Of a stretch of 64,000 bases of DNA, positions 1 through 12,500 are shown piece after piece. Made by a program: the position numbers and the translations under genes. The first letter of the stretch is position 1. Each line of letters starts with the position of its first letter. Under the pieces are notes generated by a model, which saw only the letters and a program-made list of their open reading frames with translations, was not told where the DNA came from and searched no databases. The stretch comes from Azolla caroliniana (taxonomy: Eukaryota > Plantae > Polypodiophyta): contig JBHGNT010000014.1 in the NCBI GenBank assembly GCA_043228905.1, forward strand, positions 8,742,001-8,806,000, given 5' to 3'.

Positions 1-1253
1 TACTGTCAGCACAACCTTTGTGCCTCCGGTCTTGCTCTTGTCGTCCGCCTCCATTGCGTGCCGACCCACCTTGTCCACCACGTCCATGGGGCCGACCTGT
101 CTCCGTGTATAGCATCCGGTCGTCCAATTGAGTGGTCCTTGACCCACTCACGTGGTTTTCTTCGAACATTAGCATCGATTGCAATTCGAAGGATGGTGGT
201 TTCTCCCGGGTGCAGATCGTTGTCTGGATTGGACCGTACCTTTGCGCTAGACCACGAAGGCATATTTGTACTATCTTATCTTCTTCGATCGTCACGTTGA
301 TGGACCCGAGTGCATCGCAAATCTCCTTTATCTTGTTGGTGTAGTTCGTAACCAACATGTCTCTTTGCCGGATGTTGTTCAACTCTTGCCGGAGCTGCAA
401 CTTACGAGTTGTGGTACTTGCGATGAAAATCTTTCGTAGATTTTCCCAAACCTCCTTCGACGTCTTTGCATCCTTGATGTAGTTGAGCATTTGATCATGC
501 ACACCGGATGCGAGACACTACAGTACCCGACTCGCTCCTTGCTCCCATACCAGGAAGTCTTTGTGTAACGGCTCCGGTGCTACTTCATTTGTTCCTTCCA
601 CGAAGCTCCAATATCCATGCCATAGCTGGTATTGGTGCATTTTATATGACCAGGACGAATAGTTGCTCCGGTCAAGTTTCTCTGTTGGAAGTGAACTCGC
701 CATTCCTCTGTCCATATCTTCTCTCTATTTGTTGTTACCGGGTCTAGGGTTCGTCTACGGAAGCAAATGTCGCCTGCAGAGGTTCTCAACCCTCGCGCTC
801 TGATACCATGTGAATGTTAATGTGCGGAAGCGTCAGACAGAACCGGCTCAGCCGAATAGCAACAGAAAATGAGATGACGGTTTAATGGAAAAGCTTAAAA
901 ACACAGAGGAGACAGAGAGAGCAGAACATAAAACTATATTCAAAAATTAACTCTAAAACTCTGTAGATACAACGTGCTAAACAACACTATTTATACAAGT
1001 CCATAAAGGACTGACAGAAGTACTGACAGGTACTTCAATGCTCACAAGTGCGACTGACACTAACTACAAGACAATGATTACCTAGTAGTCTAGGCTACTA
1101 CTAGGCTTCTGGTTCTCGCTCGAATCCGGCTCCCCGATCCTGCCGGTTATTCCAGATACCATCGAGATACCGATCCAGCTCATCCTTCCGGATGTTGATC
1201 CGGCTCAAGCTTATTCAGCCGATCCGGATGCGGTTGAGCTTGCTCGCTCAACA
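1..1253 (-). mobile_element. Ty1/copia element A, 5' end only (5' LTR 809-1253, tRNA-iMet PBS 797-808, decayed gag 715->1); rest lies left of the window
   Basis: GCTCTGATACCA (reverse complement of TGGTATCAGAGC) abuts TG...CTCAACA. Gag start MDRGMASSLPTEKLDRSNYSSWSYKMHQY matches elements B and G. Confidence 0.9.
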
Positions 1254-1419
1254 AATTCTGAGCTCACACGCTCACCATCAGGCATTCCGACATCAATCCA
1301 AAACAGATACATGTCAGGAAACTATTCTGGACAACCTTCTTCTGACACCGGCTCCTTGGTCCGAGACCCCGGTGGTCCTGCCCCGTTTCAACACAAACCC
1401 GTGATATCCGCGACATCTT

Positions 1420-1436
1420 TGGTGAACCCGATGTGA
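1420..1436 (+). promoter_or_regulatory. Primer-binding site complementary to the tRNA-Trp 3' end
   Basis: TGGTGAACCCGATGTGA lies 4 nt after the LTR end. Plant cytosolic tRNA-Trp ends ...TCACGTCGGGTTCACCA. Perfect copies at 33904-33920, 44616-44632 (-) and 55738-55754 (-). Confidence 0.85.
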
Positions 1437-1613
1437 AAGAGGGCAACAGAGAAGTCCAAGATGAGAGACAGAGAACTCGTAGAGGCGATGGCGATGACCT
1501 TCGACAGGATCGTGAATGCGCAAGAGAGCATGGGCGGCCTCGATAGGGCCATACAGACAATAGTCAACATGATACGCCGATTTAATGGGAAGGACGTCAC
1601 AAGCTACCTGGAG

Positions 1614-4600
1614 TGTAAACGTAAGTGTTTGCGGAAAACGTAAAACAGAGAACAACACACAAGGAGAGAGAGAGAGCGAGAGAGACAGAGAAAGCAGAAC
1701 ACAATTTCAAAATTATATCAAGACTCTGTACTACAGACTGTGCTAAGTAACACTATTTATACAAGTCCTCATGGGACTGACAGAAGTACCATGTGCTTCA
1801 ATGCTCACACGAGCATCTGACACTTACTACGAGACTATAGATACCTAGTGGTCTATCCTATTCTAGGCTTCCGATTGGACTGCCGGTTACGGATTGCACC
1901 CGGCCTCCACTACTTGCCGGTTCGGTTGCTCACCGTCATACTGATCCGTTTCGCCCGATCCGTCTCGCTTATCGGCTCCGGCTTATTCAGCAGATCCGGC
2001 TCCGGTTGAGCTTGCCGCTCAACACTCCCCCTCAAGCTCAACCTGAGGTGGGGTCGTAGTGTCGACCTCTGTGGCAGTCGGTTCTTCCAACCGACTTCTC
2101 CTGGCGTCACTCCGCCTTGCTCGCGCTCCTCCTCCGGTCCGGTCCTGTTTGCCGCAACCCCTTTGGTTCTGCGCGCCTCGACCCTCTCGGTCGGTATGTC
2201 TGCTCAATAGGCCCATCTCAGCAGTCACGTTGCTGTGACTCCGGCGCTTGCCGATCCGTCGGTTCTCCCACGATGGCATCGACTTCCGCTGTGTCCGTGT
2301 CCCCTTGGCCTTCAGTCGATCCGTCTCATCCGGATCCATCTGTTGATTCGAGTCAGCTGTCTCCGACTCGTTCCAGCTCTTGTCCGAATCGGTACACCCC
2401 GATTCGACTTCCGGCGTCAGGCCTCTCACCACATCGGACCACTTCCGAGTCTTGGCCTTCTCCATGCTTCCCTCGGCTTCTTCAGCTGGTGAACCGAAAT
2501 CGAATTCTTCATTCAACTCTGTATCATGGTCAGTACCATCATGATGACCTCCGCACAGCATGCGCTTCTCTTCCTGAGTGCACATCTCTTCTTCACAACC
2601 GCTTCCTCCGACCTGTTCGGATGTGTCGACTTCTTTCGTCGACTCGGCTTCCTTCAGCTTCTTGTCTCCTCTTCTTCCAAATCTCCTCTTACCGACGGGT
2701 TCAACAGGTTTTTGGCCTTTGCCCGTTTCGGTAGAGACTTTGCCCTTGCTTCTCCCCCTCAAGTGCGGCACGTCGAGATGCTGAATACCAAGCATGTCCG
2801 TAAAGTGCCGCAACTTGTCCGATCCGAGCGGCTTGGTGAAGATGTCGGCAATTTGCCGATCCGTATGAACATACCGTAGGTCAACTTCACCGCTCAGGAC
2901 CCGCTCACGCACGAAGTGGTAGTGCACCTCGATGTGCTTTGTGCGAGCATGGAACACAGGGTTCCTGGCGAGCTGCAGGCTGCTCATGTTATCGCAGTAA
3001 ATCGGGATCGGGGTTGGCACCTCGATCCGCAAGTCTCGCAGCAGTCGCCGAAGCCAGATGGCTTCACAAGTGGCAACGGTAGCGGCCCGGTACTCAGCCT
3101 CAGTGCTTGACAAAGCCACTGTGGGCTGCTTCTTGCTACTCCACGCAACGGCCGCGCTACCTATGGAGAACATGTATCCGGAAGTGGAGCGGCGATCAGA
3201 CGCATCGTCGGCCCAGTCAGCATCGGTGTAACCGACAAGCTCTTCGGGTATACCTCGCCGATATAGCAGTCCCCGGTCCTTAGTGCCGCTGACATACAGT
3301 AATATTCTTTGCGCGCACTGAAGGTGCTCCAGGGTCGGCTTCTGCATGAACTGACTTACCATCCCGACCAGATAGCTGATGTCGGGTCGGGTGATGGTTA
3401 AGTAGATCAGGCTTCCGACAACCTGTCGGAACCGTTTCTCATTGCAGGCCGGTCCGGAGTTGGGACGGAGCTTCTGGTTTCTGTCTAGGGGTGTGGAGAC
3501 AGGTCGGCAATCTGTCATGCCGAACTTATACAGCATATTCAACACGTAATGTCGTTGTGAGAGCAATATGCCGTCGGGGGTCCAGATCACTTCGATCCCA
3601 AGAAAATAATGAAGGTCCCCCAGGTCCTTCATTTCGAATGCGTCCGACAACTGGGACTTGACGCGGTCGATTTCGGGAAGACCCGGTCCGGTGATGACTA
3701 AATCATCCACATACAAGAGTATACATACTGGACCGTTAGAGCCTTGCCGGATGAACAACGAAGAGTCCGACTTAGAGACAGCAAACCCCAGCTTACGCAA
3801 CCGGTGCGTGATCTTCGCGTTTCAGGCTCGGGGGGCTTGCTTCAAGCCGTAAAGCGACTTCTTCAGTCGGCATACCGCCGAGTTGTTCATCTCTGAGTGA
3901 AATCCGGGGGGCTAAGTCATAAAGACTTCTTCTTCAAGCTCTCCTTGAAGGAAGGCATTCTTCACATCCATCTGGTGAAGATGCCACCCCCTTGCCGCAG
4001 CAACCGCCAGTACCACACGAACCGTCGTCATCTTCGCCACAGGAGCGAAGGTCTCATCGTAGTCGATTCCGTGGGTCTGCGCGTATCCCTTCGCCACTAA
4101 CCGGGCTTTGTACCGGTTAACAGAACCATCGGCGTTGTACTTGACCTTGTACACCCACTTGCATCCGATCGGTTTACAGTGACGGGGAGGATCAACTAGG
4201 TCCCATGTTTTGTTGGCATCGAGTGCCCGCATTTCTTCGTCCATAGCGGCACGCCAATTTGCGTCCTTTGCCGCTTCTGCGTAGCTCTCCGGCTCGCGCA
4301 CTTCTGTCACCTTAGTCATGTACAGATAATGATGCGCCATGTATTCATTGTACCCGTACCGCATGACGGGATCCTTCTGACGGGTTGATCGGCGCAACGC
4401 ACCGTCACCTGAATTGAGGCCCTTCTTGGCCAGTTCGGTCTTCGTTGCCGAAGATCTCCCTTTCTCCTTTCCGGAGTCGGATACGCACCGATCCGACTCA
4501 TCGTTGCCGGTTTCAAATTCCGGCCTCTTCCTCTTCCCCTTCTCTTTGCGCGTGAACCGTTTCCTCGGTTCCTTGCGCGGGGAGAGCACGGCAGAGTCTC

Positions 4601-7545
4601 CACCACTTGCCGTCTCTTCATCTGACTGGTCCAACCGACTCAGTCGTTCGTTCGGTCCACTCAACCGTAACGACTCCGGACTCTCATCTTGAGTCCCGGC
4701 TTCATCATCCTCTGCCAGGGCTGATTCAGGCTCACTGGCCTGATCTTCCGGAATTGGGTCGGGTACGGAGTACCAGGATGCCGATTCGTCGAACTCGACA
4801 TCCCGGCTAACTCAGACTTCCTTCGTCCGGGGGTTATAGCACTTATACCCCTTTTGCTCTTCAGCATAGCCGACTAGGATGCATTTTTCCGATTTTGCAT
4901 CCAGCTTTCTCCGCTTCTGATCCAGCACATGCACATACGCTATGCTGCCGAATATCCGAAGGTGTCTCAAGTTCGGCTTGCGCCCGAAATACAGCTCATG
5001 AGCTGACACCTTGTCACCAATGCGGTTTTGTATATAGACGGCCGTCCGGACCGCCTCCGCCCAGTAGAACCGGGGCAAGCACTTCTCCAGCATTGTCCTT
5101 GCCGCTTCAACGAGTGTCCGGTTCTTCCTTTTGGCCACACCGTTTTGCTCTGGTGTGTATCTGCAGCTGAACTCTCGCCGAATTCCCTTCTGCTGCAGAT
5201 AGCTAGTGAATTGGCCGGAGAAATATTCCTTTCCGCCATCCGACCGAAGGCATTTGATCTTCCTCTCATATTCCCGTTCCACCATCTTCTGGAGGCTCCG
5301 GAAACAGTCGAAGACTTCACTCTTCCGCTCAATGAGGTAGATCCAAATATGCCAAGTATAGTCGGTGATGAAGGAGACGAAGTATCGGCACCCGCCAAGG
5401 CTTACACTCTGTGCCGGTCCCCACACATCCGAATGGATGAGATCGAGCTTGTTACGGCTCCGGTTCCGTTTGTTGGGGAATGGAAGCCGGTGTTGCTTCC
5501 CAAGTTGGCAGGCTTCACAAATTTCGGCTCTCCGGCCGCTGAACTTCGGCAAACCGAAAACGACTTGTTTCGTTTGCAGATCTTGAAGCCTCCGGTAGTT
5601 GACGTGGCCTATCCGCTTGTGCCACAGGTCGATGTCCGACTCGACCTTCTGTCATTTCGCGAACAGAGCGGTGCCAAAGTCATTGGTGTCGAGTATAAAC
5701 ATCCTCCCGTCTCTGCGCCCTTGCGCAATGACTTCGCCCTCATCCTCAATGAAGCACCCGAGGTGCGTAAACCGCACCTGCATCCCCTGGTCAACAATCT
5801 GACCGACGGACACCAGGTTCTTCGTGATTGTCGGAACGTGTAATACGTTCATCAGCTTTCCTTTCTGTCCGACGTGGCTTAGAGGGACTTCTCCGAAGTG
5901 CACTATTGGGTGAGGAGTGTCGTCTCTGGTTTCGACTACTCCTGGTTGATCCGGTTTCTCCAGAAAGGAGAACCACTCTTTGTGGCTCGTCATGTGGTTC
6001 GACGCGCCGGAATCAATATACCACACTTCCTCCGATTTGGAAGTGGTCTTCTTCATTGAGTTTGCCTTGTGATTCATTACCAAGGTTGGCCCCTTACCGG
6101 CCTTTCCGGTTCCGGATCCTCCTGATCCGTTTGCGTAGTGCGAGTTTTGCCGGCCATCCTTACCGGTCTTGCCGGATCCGGATTTGTCCGAATCGGCACA
6201 CTATCTCCAGCACTCGCTTTCCCTGTGGCCTTTTTTGCCACAGTACCAGCATTCCGTAGCGGATTTGTCTTGCCGGCCTCCGGCACCGCCTTGACTCCCC
6301 CTGCTTGTGGAAGTCCCGGAACTGCTGTCGGCACACTCATAGTGCCTCCGTTCCTGCTCTTGCCGGCCGCCTCCATTGCGTGCCGACCCACCTCTTCCAC
6401 CACGCCCACAGTGCCGATCCGTTCCCGTGTACAACATTCGGCTGTCCGGGGATGCACTGGTAGATGCTCCGGCGTGGTTCTCCTCTACAAGGAGCATCGA
6501 CTGTAAGTCGAAGAATGAGGGGGTATTCTCCCTTGTACACACCGCAGTCCGGAACGCTCCGAACTTGGACGCCACGCCTCCGAGACATACCTGCACCATC
6601 TCGTCTTCCTCTACGGTAACAATGATAGAGGCGAGCGAGTCGCAAATCTCCTTTATCCGGCCCGTGTAGTCTGCCACGGACATGTTCTTCTGTCGAACAT
6701 TGCTCAACTCTTGTCTGAGTTGCAGCTTCCAGGCAGTGGTGCTTGCGGCGAAAACCTTTTTCAGGTTCCCCCAAGCATCCTTCGGTGTCTTGGCGTCACG
6801 GATGTGGCTGAGCAGCTGATCGCCGACACTGGACGCGAAGCAGTACATCACCCTGCTTGCTGCCTGTTCCCATACCGGGAAGTCCTTGTGTGCCGAGTCT
6901 GGCGCCGCATCATTCGCTCCTTCGACATAACTCCAGTACCCGTGTCCAAGCAGGTACTGGTGCATTTTGTAAGACCAGGATGCGTAGTTGCTCCTGTCGA
7001 GCTTCTCCACGGGGAGCGACGTAGCCATGCCTCTATCCATGTCTTCTATTGTGTCTGTTCTCGACCTGTTAGGGTTTTCTTCTCAAAAGTAAATGTCTGC
7101 AGTAGAGGTTCTCAACCCTCGTGCTCTGATACCATGTAAACGTAAGTGTTTGCGGAAAACGTAAAACAGAGAACAACACACAAGGAGAGAGAGAGAGCGA
7201 GAGAGACAGAGAAAGCAAAACACAATTTCAAAATTATATCAAGACTCTGTACTACAGACTGTGCTAAGTAACACTATTTATACAAGTCCTCATGGGACTG
7301 ACAGAAGTACCATGTACTTCAATGCTCACACGAGCATCTGACACTTACTACGAGACTATAGATACCTAGTGGTCTATCCTATTCTAGGCTTCCGATTGGA
7401 CTGCCGGTTACGGATTGCACCCGGCCTCCACTGCTTGCCGGTTCGGTTGCTCACCGTCATACCGATCCGTTTCGCCCGATCCGTCTCGCTTACCGGCTCC
7501 GGCTTATTCAGCCGATCCGGCTCCGGTTGAGCTTGCCACTCAACA
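1614..7545 (-). mobile_element. Full-length Ty1/copia element B (LTRs 1614-2024 and 7135-7545, 411 bp each)
   Basis: TG...CA LTRs with about 7 mismatches. TSD TGGAG at 1609-1613 and 7546-7550. iMet PBS 7123-7134. PPT next to 2025. Confidence 0.97.
2019..7040 (-). pseudogene. Copia B gag-pol (gag, Zn knuckle, PR, INT, RT, RNase H plus ~240-aa tail), broken by at least 5 in-frame stops
   Basis: ORFs 6201-7040, 5652-6083, 4812-5552, 3912-4664 and 2019-3800 share one frame. Motifs [54 protein letters not shown]. Confidence 0.93.
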
Positions 7546-9543
7546 TGGAGGCCTACCAGGCCGAAATGATAATGATGAACATCCCCAAAGATAGGCAGTT
7601 ATCTGGATTCTCGCGGGTAGTGACACCGAGCATCCATGCGGAGGTGCTCGAGGTTTAGGTTAACTTCCGGAACTGAGCGAAATTCAAGAGTTTGAAAAAC
7701 GATTTTCCCGACTATCAGCGTTAGATCGGACCGTGCTCGATACGGGCAAGTTCCTGCTATTTATTAAGTCCTCAACACGTTGGATCGAGAAAAGGTGGGT
7801 CTCCTGTTGGAGACGGATAAAGGGCTCACGACCGACTAGGTCGTGGCCAAGAGGGTCTGCAGCCATTTTGATAAGCGGTGGGATTGGAACACGAGGGATC
7901 GTCTACGGCCGGTCCAACGACAGGGATGAGGTCAGAGGATCCGATTCCGACCTGGTCGGAAGAGACGAGATGCTGGCTCGAGTCATGCACGACCCCAATC
8001 AACGTGATCGGAGGGCCTGCCGGGGGCGTGGCTCTAGAGGAGCTAGCAAGGATGGTACACGATCTCCAGATCACTCAAGCCCGAAGGGAAGGTAGCAGTC
8101 AAGAGTGCAATCAGCGCTCACCGAACGATAGGAGGTGGGTGTTGTGCGATAACATCAGCCACATTCGGAGAGACTGCGTCGACTTCGTTGATGCAGTAAG
8201 GAACAACGTGGTATATCTTTGGAATGGTAGGGCGCATGCAAGTGACATGTGAAGGCCCCTAGAAATAAACATCGATTGGGGCGGGATGAAGAGGCTACTA
8301 CACGGCACACCGAAATTGTCCATTACTCGGCATCCGCCGATATCTAGGTCATAGGGAAAAATGGCAAGACAAAAAAGGATACTAGATTCTAGACGGTGGT
8401 ACTTGAAACCCTCTCCGAGAAGAGGCTGCAGAAAGAGGACGCGGACCGCTTTGAGAGACGGGTCTGGGAAGTCACTAAGTGGACTGATCCGATCAATGAG
8501 AAAACCGGTTTCGTAGAAGCTGCATGCCCAAACGACGAGGTTCTGGTTGAAGACAAGCGAGCTAGAATGGTTGGTCCTTCGAACCGGTACGAGACCCATA
8601 ACAGGCCGAGGAAGGAGGATGTCGGTTCCGTTGGTGAACACGAGAGGGAAAAGGGGAAGTTTCAGAGTTTCCGACTGAGGTCGGAAATGGAGAATACGAC
8701 CAACCTACGAAAGGTCTTAGAGGAACGGATCCTCGATAGTCGAGTGGAACTCACGTTGCGGAAGGTGCTTGGGATAGTCAAGTGGAACTCACACTTGCGG
8801 GGTTGGTTGGTATCGTCGATCTAGTGAAGAGGAAGAAGTTGTCGACGAAGCCAGAGGCTGGAAGCCCGATCGAAGTAGGGGTGGTGCTGATTGACAAAGT
8901 TGCGGTAAAAGATGAATATGCAAAAGCCACTACTTGCGGCCGCATTGGGCGATAGCGACAATGAAGACCCAGGTCTGGATTGGGGATGTAAAAGAACCGG
9001 TAGTGGCTTTGATCGACCATGGATCTGAAATCAACCTGATGCCATGGACTTCTATAAATAGGGAAAATGGCCGACTAATACGAAGCATGGGTGGAAAATA
9101 CGCGCGGCAACCCCTACTACAGAGTAGCTTCACAGAGCGTGCCCGAACGTCCGGGTGAAGGTCGGTGATGTCGAGATCGACCAACACTTCTTCATGCAAG
9201 AGACATCATCGCATCCAGTAATTCTCGGTGAACCCTACATCATTGAGGCTCATATGGAGACCAAAGTGTTGGACAACAGTTCGGCCTATGTGCGACTGAA
9301 GAGCCAAGACGGTCTGCATTTTGTCCAATTCTTGACAATTTGGCCAAACCACAAGAAGAACCGAGACTCCCTCTGTAGTGAAGGCTGAGAGTATTTTTAG
9401 ACAGGGCTATTAAGGTGTGGGGTCGCAATAGTCCGGACATCCAAAAGAAACCCCACACTTGTACCATAGGTAGGAACTTTCGTTCTCCGACAGTGGAGGT
9501 TGTATTATAGTCGGCTTCGGTGGCCGGGAAAAGAAGCAAGTTG

Positions 9544-12500
9544 TGTTGGGAGATAGGTCCTTCCGGATGGGAAGGGAGAAGAACAGTGTTGATGAGCAAA
9601 CTCGGTTGAGGCCGATAGGCCTCGGCCGAAACCAGATTAGGAGTACCCAGCTACGGAGAGCCGGATGGTGTAGACCCGGTAAGAACCGGATGAGGAGTAC
9701 CCGGCTACGGAGAGCCGGATGGTGCAGACTCGGTGAGGAGTGCTCACCGGATGAAGAGACATATTCGTAAATATGTTTTCTGAGAGTCCATCGGGGCTAT
9801 ATTTGTAAATAGCCGGAAAGTCATATTAGTATAAATATGACTTAGGGAAAACTTATGGTTGTGTTGTTATTCTTGTTTGCGCAAGATCAGAGTGTGTAAC
9901 TATGTACAGAGAGAGAGAGAGAGGAAGAGGTCGTTGCCTCTATTGTAACCGCCGCCTGTGGCGAAGATAGAAAGCTCAAAGTTGTTGCCTCGGTGCTTTA
10001 CTATTGTACATTGTAACATAGTGATAGTTTGCAGCCTGTGGGCTGCCGTGGTTTTTCCCTAGTTTGGGTTTTCCATGTAAACATCCTGTGTACTCTTCTC
10101 TCATTTTTTTGTGTCGTGCATTCATTCCCGTTTTCTGTGTTTGATTCTAAGCTCGGTTGTGGTCGAGCGTTGTTCATAGGGGAGCGTATAGTTCCTGTCA
10201 AACTGGTATCATAGCGAAACAACACAGAAAATGGACGATTCGTTGGGAGGCATGTTCAAGCTCACCGGCTCCAACTATTCGGTGTGGAAGTCGAAGATGA
10301 GGGACATGCTCGTGGTTAAAGATCTTTGGTTGCCGGTTCAGTTCAGGGACAAGAGACCGGACAAAATCGACGCCACGATATGGGAGGTGATGCACATGAA
10401 GACAACGGCGTACATACGGTGCTTCATCGACATGAGCCTATACAATAACTTCAATGATGAGAGCAAGGCTCATGAGCTCTGGGAGAAGATCAGCATCATG
10501 TTTCAAAACAAAAATGTTGTTAATCAGGTTTCGGTATTCCGGAAGCTAGTAAGACTCTGGTACCAAGACGGCTCAAGCATGGCGGAGCACATGAATGCCT
10601 TCCAGGGACTGATCCACCAGGAAACTTCATTGGAAGTACCTCTCGCCGATGAGGTACTAGCGCTGCTCTTGCTCGGTTCCCTCCTAGATAGTTGGGAGAC
10701 GTTGGTTGTCACCTTGGGCAACGCCGGGCCGGAAGGGAAACGGTTATCCCTAGCAAGAGTGAAGTCGAGCTTGCTAGATGAGGAGGTGCGTCGGAAAGAT
10801 AAGGATACGAGCTCCGACTCCAAAGCGCTCCTTACCGAATCGGAACGCGGAAGACATAGAACTAGTCCCCAGAACCGGGAAAAGTTGAGGACACGGTCAA
10901 AGTCAAGGGGGAGGCCTACTTGCTTCTATTGTGGCAAGCCGGGACACTTCCAGAAGAACTGTCGGCATTTCCGGAAAGACAAGGAAACCGACGGTACCGA
11001 TTCGAAGCGGACACCGGACCAGAACGGTAAAGACCGGAGCTGAAAGGACCGGAAGGGAACGACAGCAATCATGACAAGTGAAGAAGAGTTGATGCTCATC
11101 ACCGAGGAGAGTGAGATAAACCTTGCCGGCGACGAGATGACCTGGGTGGTCGACTCCGGAGCGTCGTTCCACCTTACCCCGGACCGTAAATGCTTCTCAT
11201 CCTACACATCCGGTGATCACGGTTGTGTCCGGATGGGGAATGAAGGTACATGCCGAATTGTCGGCTTAGGAGACTTGTGGCTGATGACAACAACTGGATG
11301 CAAGATGCTGCTAAAGGATGTCCGACACATTCCGGAGGTTCGCCTGAACCTGATATTAGTCGGTCGGCTAGATGATGAAGGCTACACTGGTAGCATTCAG
11401 AACGGTGTCATGAAGTTTAGCAAAGGGAGCCTGATTGTGGCTCGGGCCCAGAAGGTAAACACATTGTACCTGATGAATGCCTGGTTATGTCCGGAGGAAG
11501 TGAACGTGGCATCCAACACTACCGGTGAGTTGTGGCACAAGAGGCTGTGTCACATGAGCGAGAAGGGGATGAAGAGGCTTGCTGACAACAACCTCATTCC
11601 AGTGAAGAATGTGCACTTGGAGAAGTGCACTGATTGTCTGGCCGGTAAACAAAACCGGACCTCCTTCCGATCAAGGCCACCGATGAGACGTAATGCGCCA
11701 CTGGAGTTGGTGCATACGGATGTGTGTCAAGTGGACACGAAGTCACATGCCGGAGCGCAGTACTTCGTGACGTTCATAGATGACCACAACCGGAAGCTGT
11801 GGGCCACACCATTGAAGACGAAGGATCAGATGCTATCCGTCTTCAAAGAGCTCCACACAAGGGTGGAAAGAGAAACAAGCCGGAAGCTGAAGGCGGTTCG
11901 AGCAAATAATGGAGGTGAATACCAGGGCCAGTTCGAGGAGTACTGTCGCTCGAAGGGAATTCGGCTCGAATTTACCGTGCCGAAGACGCCGAAACTAAAC
12001 GGGTTGGCTGAGAGGATGAACCGGATTATAATGGAGAGGGTTAGGAGTATGCTGGCGCATGCAAAACTACCCAAGAAGTTTTGGGCTGAGGCACTGTCGA
12101 CGGCGACATATGGATAAACAGATCACCCTCAGTACCCTTGGACGGAGACACACCACAGAGAATATGGACCTGTAAGGAAGTGTCCTACCGGCATCTGAAG
12201 GTATTCGGCTGTCTCGCGTACGTGCATGTAGCTAAGGACCGGAGAGGAAAGTTAGATCCAAAGATCCGGCCATGCATATTCCTCGGTTATGGCGACGATG
12301 AGTTCGGCTACCGAGTGTGGGACCCAATCGACAAGAAGGTATTCCGGAGTCGAGATATTATCTTCATGGAGGACAAGACGCTCGCCGACTGGGAGTCAGA
12401 GAAGAAGATAATGAACTCCGAGTCGACCGGTAAGGATCGATTCTACGATGAGCAGACCCAATCGGCAAGAGACCGGTTAGCACTTGAGGAACCAGCCGGT

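Noticed and set aside
2019-2750. The Pol tail as an env-like (SIRE) gene
   Set aside because: It is fused in frame with no stop, and it is hydrophilic with no transmembrane segment.
5028-5843. 271-aa antisense ORF with a 263-aa counterpart at 49418-50209
   Set aside because: Codon-aligned shadow of integrase in GC3-rich sequence; the two copies have different starts and stops.
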